Positions 23,862-36,768 of a DNA stretch of 51,537 nucleotides are shown here, piece after piece; within the stretch, counting starts at the first letter, position 1; each line of letters begins with the position of its first letter. The translations under genes and the position numbers were made by a program. Source of the stretch: Vitrella brassicaformis CCMP3155 (Eukaryota > Protista > Chromerida); assembly GCA_001179505.1 (NCBI GenBank), contig CDMY01000563.1:1-51537 (forward strand). The letters run 5' to 3'. Below the pieces are notes generated by a model. The model did not search any database. It saw only the letters and a program-made list of their open reading frames with translations, and had not been told where the DNA came from.

Positions 23862-26800
23862 TCAGCCGTCCCCCGCCCGCCCCGCCATCTTATCCAGCAG
23901 GTCATCCTCAAACGACTCGCTCACCGCGCTGCCGTTCTCGCGCACAAAGGCCGCAGTCTGAATGAAGCACATGTGCAACACAGACACAGACACAGCATCA
24001 TGGTCATTGTCCCCTTCTCAGATCTGCGTTGTGTGTGTGCCTGTGTGTGGGGCGAACGGACCTGGAGGACGTATGCGCGTGTGCCATGTGGCGGTTTGTA
24101 GTACCGCTCGCCCGCGTCCCCCTTGTCGAACATGTGCTGGCACCCGCTAATGTACACGTGCTGACACACACCACGCCACACACACAGCCCGGGACACACC
24201 GAGTACAGTCAGTCGCTTGCCCATCATATGCATACCTACCTGGCTGCCTTTGGCCACGGTGTTGAGTTTGAGGAAGGGCGCGCACTCCTCCGACTCCATG
24301 AACGCCAGCGCATCAGCGGGCGGCGAGCTCCAATCCGGCACGAACACTACAAACGACATCGGGCGGTCCTCTGACTCGGCACGCACCAGCAGCTGCACAG
24401 ACACACATGAGGGATAAAAGGATGGAAATCCGGTGCGTGGGAGCGTTGCTCCGCCGCTACTGCTGCTGACCTTGTGCAGGTGTTTGGCGCATTCGAGCAT
24501 CACCTCCTCGGTGTAGGGAGGGCCCACCTCAAACGAACCTGTCACACACACAAACACACAGAGGCAGGATGCGCACAAAATCGCACCACACAAGCGCCCA
24601 CCACAAGCTCACCTGCTCTAGGGAAGAAGTCAAAGACGCTGCCCATGGAGCCGAAGAACCGGTCTGTGTCTGGGAAGGCCGAGCAGAAGCGGCGGAAGTA
24701 GCAGTTGAGTGGCGAGGCGAAGAACTCCATCCTGACGCCCAGCCGCTGATGCAGAAACAGGAAGACCGACTCGGGGGCCGCTGCGTGCATGTTGCCACCC
24801 TGACAGTGCTCCGAGAACGGATCTACGCCTGTGGAGAGGTGTCAACAGGCGTCTATCCATGTGTGTGTTTGGTTGGCTTTGCTGAGTGTGGTGTGGTGTG
24901 CGTGGGTACCGATGAATGTGATGTATCGCTGGAGCATGCAGAAGAGCCGTCGCGGGAAGAGGTCGCTCCTGGGGTCGGTCTGGGCGTTGTGGATGGAGTA
25001 GAGCCGCCGCAGCTTCTGGTAGTGCATCGCCGACAACGGCAGCGCTGCACACACCACACACCACACCACCCGGAGAGAGGAGAGGGCACACGTGATTCGA
25101 TTCCCACCTCCCTCCATCCATCCCACTGCTCTGCATACATACTTGTGTTGTTGTACGTCACTTGATAGTAGGTCACGTCCCCCTGTCTGGCCTCCTCCAC
25201 ACGCACCCCGTCACGCCGCGCTATGCGCCCGTTCGCCCTCGCCAACACATCAGCAGCCCTATCGCCCCCACCACCACCCCCACCACCAGAACCAGAGCCA
25301 GGGCTGCTGCTGCCGCTCCCTGCCGCCTCTTTCTCCATCTGCTTGCGCTTGTGTGGTGGGAGGTAGATCTGCATCGGCTGCCGGATGGCGGGGGAGGGAG
25401 GGGTGCGGTCGTGGGCGTGTTCGCGGGCGGTGATGGCGGCGAGTTCTGAGCAGAGAGTGTGGCTCTTGGCGACGGTGCGGCGGACGACCTCCTGGACGAA
25501 GGGGTGGGTGAGCTGCCTGAAGAGCTGTGAGATGTTGTAGTGGACGTGCTTGCTCTTGTCCTGGTAGACGCAGGGGCCCGCCTCCCACTCGACGCCGTTG
25601 GGGCCGGTGCAGGGGAAGTCGCGGGGAGGATCGGCCAGCCGCACCCAACGGTTCAGACCCTGTGAGTACGTGAGTGAACACAAGGAAGGCAAAGCGTGAT
25701 ACTCATTCAGCCCAGACCGTCTGGTCTGCCTGGGTGTGTGTGGCGTACCTCTACTTCCTCCCTGAGCGACCGCAGCTTCTCCTTAGCATACTCGACGACC
25801 GTCTCGTCGCTCTGGCCGCCGTCGCTGCCCCCTGCCGCCTCCCCCATGCCCTCCCTCAGGTCCCTCATCCCCACCTCCCACTCGGCATCGCTCTCGCCAC
25901 ACGCGCCAACGCCACTACGAGCCGTCGGGGGGCCGCTCACATTCGCACTCGCACACACACTGGCCGTTGTGCTGGTGCTGTTGGTCGCCAGAGTGTTCTG
26001 TGGGGAGGGTGCGGTCAGTTGAGCGGCGAGGGCTGTGAGTTTCCTGTCGATGCGCGATAGCCAGGCGTTGGCGCGGCGGGCGTAGCGCTTGAGCTGCTCG
26101 CTGGCGTAGCTGCCGGTGGAGCGGAGCTTGCAGCGGAGAGGGATCTCGGCAAACAACTCGCGACGCAACGACTGAACACAACACACAAACAGACGGATGG
26201 ATACACTGACAACGTCCCAATCTCTCTCTGTGTGTGTGCATACCTCGGACCTCAGAGCGAGATCCGGGTCGCGCAGCAGAGGGTCACGTGACGACGGGGA
26301 GGCGCTGCCATCGCTCTCCTGCGGCGTGGTGTTGGTGTTGGTGTTGGTGTGCGGCATGGCGAGCTGCTCGAGCAGCCAGCGGTCCATGGAGCCCTCGGGG
26401 GGATGCTCCAAGTACAGCAGCTGGGCACACAACGCGCGGTAGGTCTCGCGCAGATCCCTGAACTGAATAATGAGGGAGGCGTAGGAATACGCAAAAGGGA
26501 TGCCAATGCACCATCTCGACACGTCTTACCATCTCTGCCCTTCTGACTTCGATGAGTGGCGTCGGTTCGAGCAGACTGTTGAGGTACGCCAGGATGCGTT
26601 CGCAGCCCTCTGGGATGGGCACATCCACACTGAAGTTCCACAGCGGCACACCTGCAGCAAACAAATATCACACACAGAGCCGTCCCTCAGGATGCATCCA
26701 TCCATTCATTCATCCATTCATCTGTAAGATGTTCTCACCTCGCCGTGTGGCCGGTTGGTCATCATTGCTGACCTCTATGTGGCCGAACTCAGCCCTATCG

Positions 26801-26871
26801 TTATCCCTCCAGCTCCCGCTGCCGCCCCCCCATCCGCTGCCTCTGTGGTGACCGAAGCGACCTCTCGACAT
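23862..26871 (-). CDS. PCIF1: PCIF1/CAPAM-like mRNA cap-adjacent N6-adenosine methyltransferase homologue
   Basis: In-frame exons: RETYRALC..PPEGSMDRWLLEQ, MLQRY, GNMHAAAPESVF, MEFFASPLN..FCSAFPDTDRFFGSMG..FDF, GSFEVGPPY, SFVVFVPDW, YISGCQH. This is the characteristic PCIF1 motif series. No WW domain seen. Confidence 0.85.
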
Positions 26872-27185
26872 CCCAGAACGATCAACAAACCATTGGAGCA
26901 ACCCTAGAGGCGCTTTCTACCTGCAGTTGTGCCTTGGTTGGTTGGTTATTGTGTTTAACGAGCCTCGTGTCTGTAACCCCGAGGGCCTTGGCAGTTGTGT
27001 TCTTCATCCCTGTGAAACACTTCAAGTTCACGGCGAGCTCCCCAACTCCTTGAGGCTTCCAGAGACGTTGACGCCTTCATTCTTGCCCAGATCTGCTTGT
27101 GCTTCGTCGACCAGTCGTTTCTCGTCTGACCCGTCAAGCCCCTCTCCTCTCCAACTGAACAGCGATGGCAGGCGTCCGGCAGACG
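26872..27185. promoter_or_regulatory. Probable bidirectional promoter, PCIF1 / ADH
   Basis: 314 bp between divergent ATGs; CAGATCTG at 27088-27095. Confidence 0.55.
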
Positions 27186-29148
27186 ATGAAGGCAGCCCAA
27201 GGTGGGATGAATGAATGAAGAAAGCATCTGCATCATCGTCCGTCCCACCGGCGCCTGCCTTATTGGGGTGTGCCCGGATGTGGATGTCTGTCTGATCAGT
27301 GCGTGAGTTTGGCTCCAAGTTGGAGATATGCGATGTGCCCATCCCCGAGCCGGGCCACGATGAAGTGCTGATCGAGCTCAAGGCCTGCGGCGTCTGCCAC
27401 ACAGGTTGAGTGGGGGCGGCAGAAGGATGATTTAAGCTCTCTTCTCCACTCGTTGTGTGTTGTTCTTGCCTGCCTGCCTGCCTGCCTGTCTGCCTGTGTG
27501 TCCTGTGTGTCCTGTGTGTGTGTGGGTGCAGATCTGCACGTGGTGGACGGCGATTGGGAGGTCAAGGCCGACCTGCCGCGCACTCCTGGGCACGAGGGCA
27601 TCGGGGTGAGTGACGACAGACACACCGACACATCTCTACCTGGGTCAGAAGGGTGGTCCTGATGCTTGGGTGTCTGTCTGATTTGTTGGGTCGTTGGGTC
27701 GGTCAGCATGTGGTGTCGGTAGGCTCCTCCGTGACCAATGTGAAAGTGGGGGAACGGGTCGGTGTCCCCTGGCTCTACAACACCTGCATGGCCTGCCGTG
27801 ACTGCCTGGGGGGAAACGAAAATCTATGCGCCAAGGGGGTGGGCAACGGGGGCACGGATAAGAAAGAAAGAAACACACACGCACACATGGCCGATGGATG
27901 GATGCTCTCATGGGATCTCATCCACTCCCTGGTGTGCTGTGCTGCCTGCAGCAACAACAGGCCGGCTTCTCAGTCAACGGATGCTTCGCCGAGTTCGTTG
28001 TCGCCAAGGGACTCTTCGTCGCCAAGTAACAGAGGCCGACTATGCCGCGGCATCATGCTGCGCTGCATGCTTGGCATCTCCGTGGTGTAGAATCCCCGCC
28101 AAGCTGAGTGACATCGAGGCTGTCCCCATCATGTGTGCGGGGGTCACAGTATACCGTGGGCTCAAGGAGACCAACGTGAAGCCTTTCCAGACCGTCGTCA
28201 TTGCTGGTGCTGGTGGTGGACTGGGCCACGTGGCGGTGCAGTACGCCAAAACCATGGCCTTGGTGGGGTGCCTTTCCACACGAGTGTTCCATTGGTATGA
28301 GTGCATTTTTGTGTGTGTGTGTGTGTGTGTGGTGCAGAGAGTCATCGGCATTGGTGAAGAACAGCACCGATAGCCACGTGTTGGTGTTGTGTGTTATGCG
28401 TAGGCCTGTGTGCTCGCCCTGTGTGTGTCAGACGGTGGCGATGAGAAGATGAAGCTGCTCAAAGACCTCGGCTGCGACGAGACCATCGACTTTATGCAGG
28501 TCAAGGACGTGCCGGCGAGGGTGCTCGAGCTGACCCACGGCGACGGTGCTGAGGGCGCCCTGCTCGTGGCCGCCTCGCCCAGAGTGTTCTCACAGGCCAT
28601 CGAGTGAGTGTGTGAGTGGAGGAACTGAATGGCAACATCACAGCAGCTGGAATGAACGCTTATCTGCGGCTGTGTGTAGATACCTGCGACCTGGAGGCAC
28701 TGCTGTTGTCATTGCGCTGCCGCCGGGGACCTTCCCGACGCCCATCTTCAAAACCGTCCTCAAGGGACTGAACATCAAGGGCAGGTGCGTGTGCCAGTAG
28801 GGAACACCACAGGACACCCCACCTGCTCGCCATCAAACACCGTCTGCTGTCTGGTTGTTGTCCATCAGCATCGTGGGGACACGCCTCGACCTGCAGGTCA
28901 GTCAGGAGATGAGTGAGATGAGCCCCACTCAGCCGTGAATTGTCGGGCTCTGTGTGTGTGTGTGTGTGTGTGTGTTGTCCGGCTGACCCCAACATATACC
29001 ATTCATTCAGGAGGCGCTGGATTTGGCGGCGAGAGGCGGAATCCGCGCCCACATCGAGACCAAGAGGCTCAGCGACGTCAACGACGCCCTGGACATGCTG
29101 CGGCAGATGAAAGTGAGCGGCCGACTCGTCCTTGACTACACCACGTGA
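27186..29148 (+). CDS. Zn-dependent (MDR) alcohol dehydrogenase, AdhP/yeast ADH1 type
   Basis: MKAAQ|VREFG.., CGVCHT|DLH, PGHEGIG, structural Zn [50 protein letters not shown]|EAL, GRLVLD. Includes a 16-nt microexon at 28338-28353. Confidence 0.95.
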
Positions 29149-31078
29149 GCTACCGAGAGGCCTGCGCTGACGACATTGAAGCATTTCCAGGAGTGGCTGT
29201 CGCATGCTTGGGCGGGCTGGGCGGGGCTTGTAAGTGCTTTACTTGTGTGAATGTCTGTCTGTCTGTGTCTGCACGTGTGTGTGTGTGTGTGTGTGTGAAC
29301 GTGCTCCTGCCTGCCTGCCTGTGCATTTGGGTGTCTTTTTCTTGGCACGTGTATCCAATTAAGCGGTGCTGGCAGGTAGGTAGGAAGGCAGGCAGGCAGG
29401 TGCGTGTCAGCGTGCGTCTTTTTAGCCCGATCGAAGAGGCTTTGGTCGTCTGAGACAGGACGGCCTTTAGCTGTTGAGTGAGTGAGTTGTAAGTCAGTGT
29501 TTCTGAAGGAAGGGCATGCAGACTGAAGCAGTCAGTGGCGGGGTGTTTTTTTTGGTGGTTGTAGCAAGCAGTGTATTCAGTCCATCGCGCCATTGGCTGG
29601 CGTCTTTTTCTATCTAGCGTTGCTCCGCTCCCTGCAGGCCTGGTTGCCTGTCTTTGCTATGTATGTTAGCATGCGAGAGACCGTGCGACTGTCTGTGGTG
29701 TGAGGGGGGGACGCTGCCGGGTTGGTTGGGTGTGGGAGAGTGTAGGAGTGTATGATGTGTTGCATCGCGCCATTGGCGTTGCTCTCTGTCTGTCTGTCTG
29801 TCTGCCTGTTTTCCTAAACATGCGAGAGACCCGTGCGACTGTCTGTGTGTCCGTCGATGAATGTGTGTCGGCCGATTCACCGTTCATCGAGATGTGCACG
29901 GCTGTTGGAACCAATACTGCATGACATGAATTCAATTCATGGTGGTCAGGTCAGGGATGCATTGATTGTCCATGGGAGCGTACAAAGTGTGGCATACGAG
30001 TCAAAAATGCATGGCCATGGATGGGCCACCCGGGCATGCGAAGTTCACACCGATGAACGCACTCGCAGCCAGGCAATCGACAGGTCATTCGATACGCAGG
30101 CAGGTAAATCAGTTGCGGTCTGTGCACCGTCTGGCGCTTGCTATGTTGAATCCTACAAAGTGTAATCATCTCACAGCCACGTACTCAGCTTCTAACCTGC
30201 ACACTGACTGACCCCATCGGGCATGGCATGCGTGCAGGATTCCCCTCCCCTCTCTCTCGATGAAAATGCACCGACAGTAAGAGAGACAGACGACGTCTGT
30301 GGATAACGTCGTACGAACATGATGTGATGCATACATCTTTCTCTCCATTGAAGGCACAAATTACATGGAAGCACCATACATGCGAGAGACACCCAAAACA
30401 CACATGCGCAGGCGTGTCATCTGTCCTCTCTCCACAGATGCCTGCTCATCTCTCTATGTCTGCAGCACCGCACCGCCCTTGCTCTTGACCTTGGCCTTAT
30501 ACACTTGCTTCTTGACGCGACGAGCGTCACTTGCCTCCTCCTCATGTTCACCAGCAGCAGCAGCAGCTGAATGGCCAAGACACACACATATACATGGGCA
30601 TACGCGTGTGAGCCAATGCGTGGATGAATGTGTGTGTCAGTCTGTATGCATCTCTTCTGTCTCACTTGAGCGGCGTCGGCGACAAGGGCAGCTACGTGTA
30701 CAGCGGCCGCAGGTGCCTCTTCCTCGTCCTCCTCTTGGCCACCACGGCAGCAGCAGCCTCCTCCCCAGCGCCTTCCCCAGCCTCAGCAGCATGCGATACA
30801 GCGGCGTGAGCGTTTCCTTGCTGTGTCTATCTGCGGGGGACATGTCGATGTCGGGTGGTGTGAAAGGCTGCTGCTCCTGCTGCTGGTGATGTTCAGATAG
30901 AGCTGGGGGTTGCAGGAGTGGTGCGCGAATGCCTTGTATCTCCTCCTCCATCTCGGCATCAGCTGTCGTCATGTGGCCAAGCTTGGGTTTCTTGGTGGAT
31001 GGAAACTCCTCCTCCTCGCGCTGGCGTTTATGGCAAAGAGACTCTTGGGGAGGGACAAATGGCGGGGCGGCGGGGGTT

Positions 31079-31109
<31 letters not shown>

Positions 31110-31256
31110 TGCCAGCAGGGGGCGGTGCGAGAGGAGACGGAGGAGACGCCGGAAAGAGAGACCTCCAGTCGCCATTGTGGGCTTCCTGACGCGACACGTA
31201 GTCATTCTCTTTTTTGTCATCTCTCATCCATCCATCCATCCGTTCAGCAGTCTCTC

Positions 31257-34200
31257 CTATCCCGGGCAGCTGCTCCTGCTGTGGGTGCTGCTGCTGCTGT
31301 GGCTCGTCTTTCTCCTCTTGCTCGTCGGTGTATAGCGGCTGGCCCGGTGGGGGAGCGAAGGGGCCGGGAAGGGCTGGTGGGGAGACACCGCAGCTTGGTC
31401 CATAGAAGGGGCGTCTTGCTCCTCTTGCTCGATCCTTTCGTCCTCATCCGGCTCCTCTTCCTCGCTGTCCTCGTAGGTGTCTACCGGCTGACCCTCATAG
31501 CCCTCCCTCTCGCCACCAACATCCTCAGGCTGAGGCGGGGGTGGGTAATTCAGTGAGGCGACAGATGCCGCTGCAGCAGCAGCAGCAGCAGCAGCAGGGT
31601 GTGGCACGGCAGGAGGCGCCACGAATACAGATGCGGCAAACTTCTCGGCTTCGTCATCCTCTGCTTCCTCGTGGCCCTCTTCACTTTCCTCCTCGCTGCC
31701 CGACACTTCTTCCCATCCACTTCTCGGCGCACCAGAGTACTGGAAGGGCGTGTCACTGACAAACGAACAGACGACACAATGAAGGACAGTGATTGGTTGG
31801 CAAGTAGGTGCCTAGGTAAGTCTTACGTGGATTGCGAGCATGCGGTGACAAGTTGTTGGTGCTGTTGGAGAGCCTGCTCTGCTTTCCCTGGATCTACCTC
31901 ATGAGAATAGACACGTTGAGTGGGGGTGTACATGAGGGCTTTGACATGAGCCGCCACGCTTTGCGCCAGGGGGGATAGCGCGTTACCGCGAGTGCTATAT
32001 CCACCCTCCAGAACCGACACTGATGGATTGATACATACACAAGCAAGGCGTGCATCGCGAGTGTGGGCCTTCTGTTTCTGCTGGTCGTCGCCGGCCTACC
32101 AACTCTGGCATTGCTGTTCTCGTTTGCGATGGTCATCAGCTTTTGGGTGGCCCACTCATAGTCCCATTCAGATAAGATGGACCGCCTGCCGCCGCCCAGG
32201 TCATCTCTCTTATGACCATCGAAGCCCGCTGAGATGAAGATAATGTCTATACACCACACAGAGGCGGAAAAGAGGAAGAATGAAAGACTTCCTGTCGTCG
32301 CTGTCTGTCTGTCTGTCTCTGTCTTTTGTCTGTCTGTCTCTTTGTCTTACCTGGTTTAAACTCCCTGAGTGGCTGCAGCACTTTGGTCTCAAAGTGAAGT
32401 CTGAACCCGAACACCTTTTCCCTTAAGGCATGCGTCGTCCGCTCCTCCAGCCAGTGTCGCGCCATCCTCTCTTCACCAGCATTCTCCGCCTCCCCCTCAT
32501 CAGCGTTCCTCACCGCCCCCTCAGGCCGCTGTGGTGCATCAATCTCCTCAAGGCCGGCCAGCTTGCACATCTCCGGCCGTCTCTGCTGGTCGTAGATGTT
32601 GGTGCAGTGCCTGATGGGCCGGAGGGGTACATTGATGACGGTAGGGGAGGGCCGAAGAGCTGGCGAGTCAACACGGTCGCTGCCGCCCTGCGCCTCAGGG
32701 AGGTCATGGGTGGGGCCGCCAGTCCCAGGATAGAATTCCGTCGACGGATCGTAGACTGAACAAAGAGCAAAAGGCACCGGAGACAGACCAATCAGATGGT
32801 GATGCTGTGGCTTGCTTGTGCGCTGCGGTTACCATGTATCGATGCGAAGAAAAGGTTGGATGTATCCGTCTCATCAAGCCACATCTGGACGGCGTCTTCC
32901 GTCAAAGTGAGGCCTTTAGCCTGCACAAACCGACCTGAACCAACTGGGAACGACACCTGCACACATCCATCGCAACAAGACGAGATAGCGACGGATACAG
33001 TGAGGGTCAATGAAATGTTCGTCCTGGCTACGAGGGAGGATTGAGTTGAGCTCACCTGGTGTTGCCTGACACGTCTTCGGACGTTTCGCACGATGATCTC
33101 AGTTCCATTGCCGTGGTGGACGTCGAAGTCCACGATAGCTATCCGCTCCACACCTACACATACACTCACGCACATACATACATACATACGGGTGATCACA
33201 AAAGTTGAGAAGCGTACCCCGCCTCCAGTGGAATGCGCGGGCGTACGCGGCCCCGATGGCCACATTATTGAGCAGGCAGAAGCCCTGGCTGCCCGTACTG
33301 CATTCAGTGATACAGGCACAAACATCCATCCATTTGCCCATTGTCTGTGGTTGGTATTGATTCATACATGCGGTCTTCGTCCTCTGTGTCCTCGACATTA
33401 GCCCCTGCTGGACCCAAATGATGACCCGGCGGACGGACTGCACACAGCAAGCAAGGAGGAACAAACAATTTGCATTCATCCACGAATGGATGGCATGTCT
33501 CCTTGTACTGGCGCAAAAGGCATTTCTGATGTTGGTTGTTGGGTCCATGACCTTATCCACCTGTATATTACGGCACATGACTTAAGTGAGCTTTAGCCTT
33601 TTAGGGGAAGTCTCTAACTATAGCGTTCTGCAACAACCTACCGCATCAATGACCGCACCCGCAGCACACATGGCCGCATTGAGCGAGTGGGAGCTCAACG
33701 GAGTGTCTTTGTCGAAATCTGCATGAACAACCATACAGCACACAGAGGAAAATGTACGGTTGCCAAGGCTGTTGCTGTCGGTGTGTGCGGTGTGACATTC
33801 TACCTGTCCGACCACCCAAGTGGTCACGAAGCTGCTGGGTGCTGACGGATGAAGAAAAAGAGAATAGGTGCGTATGTTCATTGCTTTCTTTACGTCTCCT
33901 CGCTGTTGATGGCTTACGCTTTTTTGAGGCTGTCGACGTATTTGAGTTCGTGCACGCGGAGGATGTCTGCCAGACGGACGGGTGGCGGGTCACTGGTGAA
34001 CACGGTGCTCTGGAAGTCGGCCGTGCGCAAGACACCGAGCTGCTCCTTCACCAACACCTGACGGCAGATACAATACTCAGTCATTTGTCGCTGTCTGTCT
34101 GTCTGTCTGTCTGTGCTGTCTATCTTACCTCCATTCTTGTGGCATTTTCCGGCGTGTCACTGATTTGCTGAAGCCGCGTACTGGGGTCGTCCGACGGCTC

Positions 34201-36323
34201 GGGCAGCTCCAGATGCTTGCTGCACACAAATGCATGCACCCAGAGCGACAGTCGATATAGCCGCATCATTTTAGGGGAGCTTACGGGCACTCTGGATGGG
34301 TGATGATTGCAGTGCGGAGTTTGGTGGGGATGCCCGACTCTGGGTTGCTCCCTGCCCCTTCCAGCAGCAGAGGGCCGTCCTGCCGCAATTGGCACACCTT
34401 GGACTCGATCATTGACATGAGACAATCGGAGGCTCCCTTTCCAGCTGATTGACCAGCTTCAGCTGCCCCTTGCTGCAAGACGCCAATGACGTGGTCGAAC
34501 TCATCTTGGTAACCACAGTGCAGAGCTGCCTGGCGAAACTCATCCATCATTTCCTGAACACATACATGTCCAACAACAGGAATCACAGTGAGGGCGCCAA
34601 ATCAAAGTATCTGCTCCTCACGGCCTCCACCTCCTGCTCGCGCAGGGCGAAGAGCATCAACAAGGCCATCAAACAACGCCACGCACCCCTGTTGACCACA
34701 AATGGGTCAATCAAGCAGTCAGTTGGCATCCATGAAATATTCACGTGCCATGTGCCTCATCATCGTTATCTTGCCTTTCGATGGCTCTGAGTATGTGCGC
34801 CTTCGTAACTTGGATGCCTCCCCCCGTCACGAGCGCCTTGACGCACATCCATGCACCCGATGTCCGCGAGTCAATAGCGTAGTCAAGCGCCAGGTTGCCG
34901 TGGTAGTCCTGACAAACAGAACACGACACAACACAACACAATCTCATCTGATCTGGCTTCATGCACTTTGTTTTCATACCGGTACGTCGGCCTCGACGTG
35001 CTTGATCAAAAGTTCCACGATGTCTGCGGCGCCGACCTGGGCAGCCCGGTGCAGGACAGTACAGCCGTTGTAGTCTCTGGCGTTGCACGAAGGGCTGGGG
35101 TGCTCGAAAGCGATCAACAATTGTAGGCACTTCAACACATCGGCGCGGCACTCCTCGAACCCTGACAGATACATACACAGATACGTGCACCCAGGCAATT
35201 CATGCCAGGTACCCGTGTCATGTCATTCCCTCCTTTTCTGACGCACCAGCCATTGCCAGAGGAAGAATGATGGTGGGTATGTTGTTGTAGCCCCCTTTCA
35301 GACTGAGAATGTCCTCGTCCAGCCACTGGCACGCCCCCTTGCCCTTGCCCTTGCCCTTTCCCAGGCCGCCGCTGGTATCGATTTGGGCCGCACGAAGGAC
35401 CTCTACTGCTGCGCCCATGAGCGCCTCGAGAAACTTGGGCTTGGCGTGCAATAGACACAACTTGGCCGGCGGCAGCTCAGCGCGGTCCGCACCGTCACCC
35501 ACAATTCCAATACCTGCAAACAAACAGACGACGAAGATAAGAAGACCCGTGTCTCTGTGAGTCGTGCTTTTTTCCCTTCCATTATGAGATTGGTAATGTG
35601 GCAGCCCGAGTGCTGTCTCGAAGTCCTCGAAGTTGTCGGAGTATATCGTGTCGCCGAGCTCTCGTCCGTGGATGAATCGAAGTTGTCTCGCGTGAGGAAC
35701 TGGAGCACGATGTCGTCCTCAGTGATGCCACTGGCGGTGTCGTCGAAGAGTCTGCGGCCGGGTGGGGGAGGGATGAGGCTGGGAAAGGGCTGGTGGGGAG
35801 GCATCTCATGTTCCATGGGAGAGGTCTCCTCCTCCTCCTCCTCTTCCTTGATGCTCTCGTCCTCCTCCTCCTCCTCCTCTTCCTCCTCTTCCTCCTCTTC
35901 CTCGATGCTCTCGTCCTCCTCCAGCTCCTCTTCCACGTTGTCCTCGTGTGTGTCTGGCGGCTGGCCCTCATAGCCCTCCCTCTCGCCACCCACATCAGGC
36001 GGAGGCTTGTGCTCCTCCTCGCCCACATCCTCCACCTGCTCATCCTGGACAGCCTCGTCCACGATCTCGCCACTCGGGTGGTCCACTACTGGCGCAGCCG
36101 CCTCGTACTCGACATCCATTAGATTCTCCTCACTGGTGCCCACGTCTGCATCCATGTCCTGTTGGGGTGGGACTTCAGCATAAGCCGCCTGGTTCATCAT
36201 GCTTCCAGCAGCAGAGGGCGTGGGGGACGATTGCGGCGGGGGAAGCGGGGGGGGCTCATCGCAATCGAAGAACTGCTCAGAATGTTGCCTGCTGGCCATC
36301 GGAGAGGAGAAGTTGTGACCCAT
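31257..36323 (-). CDS. Ankyrin-repeat class II-like histone deacetylase with acidic termini (ends uncertain; apparent frameshifts near 35660 and 31360; coding-like tail to 30454)
   Basis: Ankyrin exons (NGCTVLHRAAQVG, GNLALDYA) followed by an intact HDAC core: RPPGHH, GFCLLNNVAIGA, IVDFDVHHGNGT, FASIH, YPGTG, SAGFDGH, VLEGGY. Core exons all join in frame. An ankyrin+HDAC architecture is known in apicomplexans (Plasmodium Hda1 type). Confidence 0.85.
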
Positions 36324-36768
36324 CTTTCTTCTGGAGCGATGAGCAGCGCGAGACTGCAAGCTTGGACCACTCCCCCTGCAGAGATCTGCGACTTGTTGAG
36401 GCCGCAGGGTGCTGGCAGACGCACCTCAGCCGCTGATCTCTGCCTTACTGTCCTCAATTCGTCTCTAATGTGTTTCGCTTCGGGCTGCGGTGCTGTCTGA
36501 GGTGGCAGGAGGACCGCCGGTACGACTGCTGATCACACAGGGACCATTCGAATGACACACTGGCGAGAGGGGCTATCAGCGGAGGCAGGAACGTTGCGCA
36601 TCTGACGAGGGAGGGTGACGAAGGCGGGGGCTCTGCTTGAGCTGAAAGATCTACCGGTGAGGCACTGAAAAGGACCACAGTCCGATGCATCATCCACTGC
36701 TACTCTTTTCGTTTGTTTCGGTTCGGGTGCGTCATTCAGGTTGTCCCTTCACACCAACCGATCCAGCG

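Noticed and set aside
27186-29148. Recent horizontal transfer of the AdhP-like ADH
   Set aside because: It has many host-style introns and the family is widespread in eukaryotes; cannot be supported without a phylogeny.
29583-29850. Imperfect local duplication (catcgcgccattggc ... catgcgagagaccgtgcgactgtctgtg) downstream of ADH
   Set aside because: Short, interrupted by microsatellites and without terminal repeats; looks like ordinary slippage or duplication.
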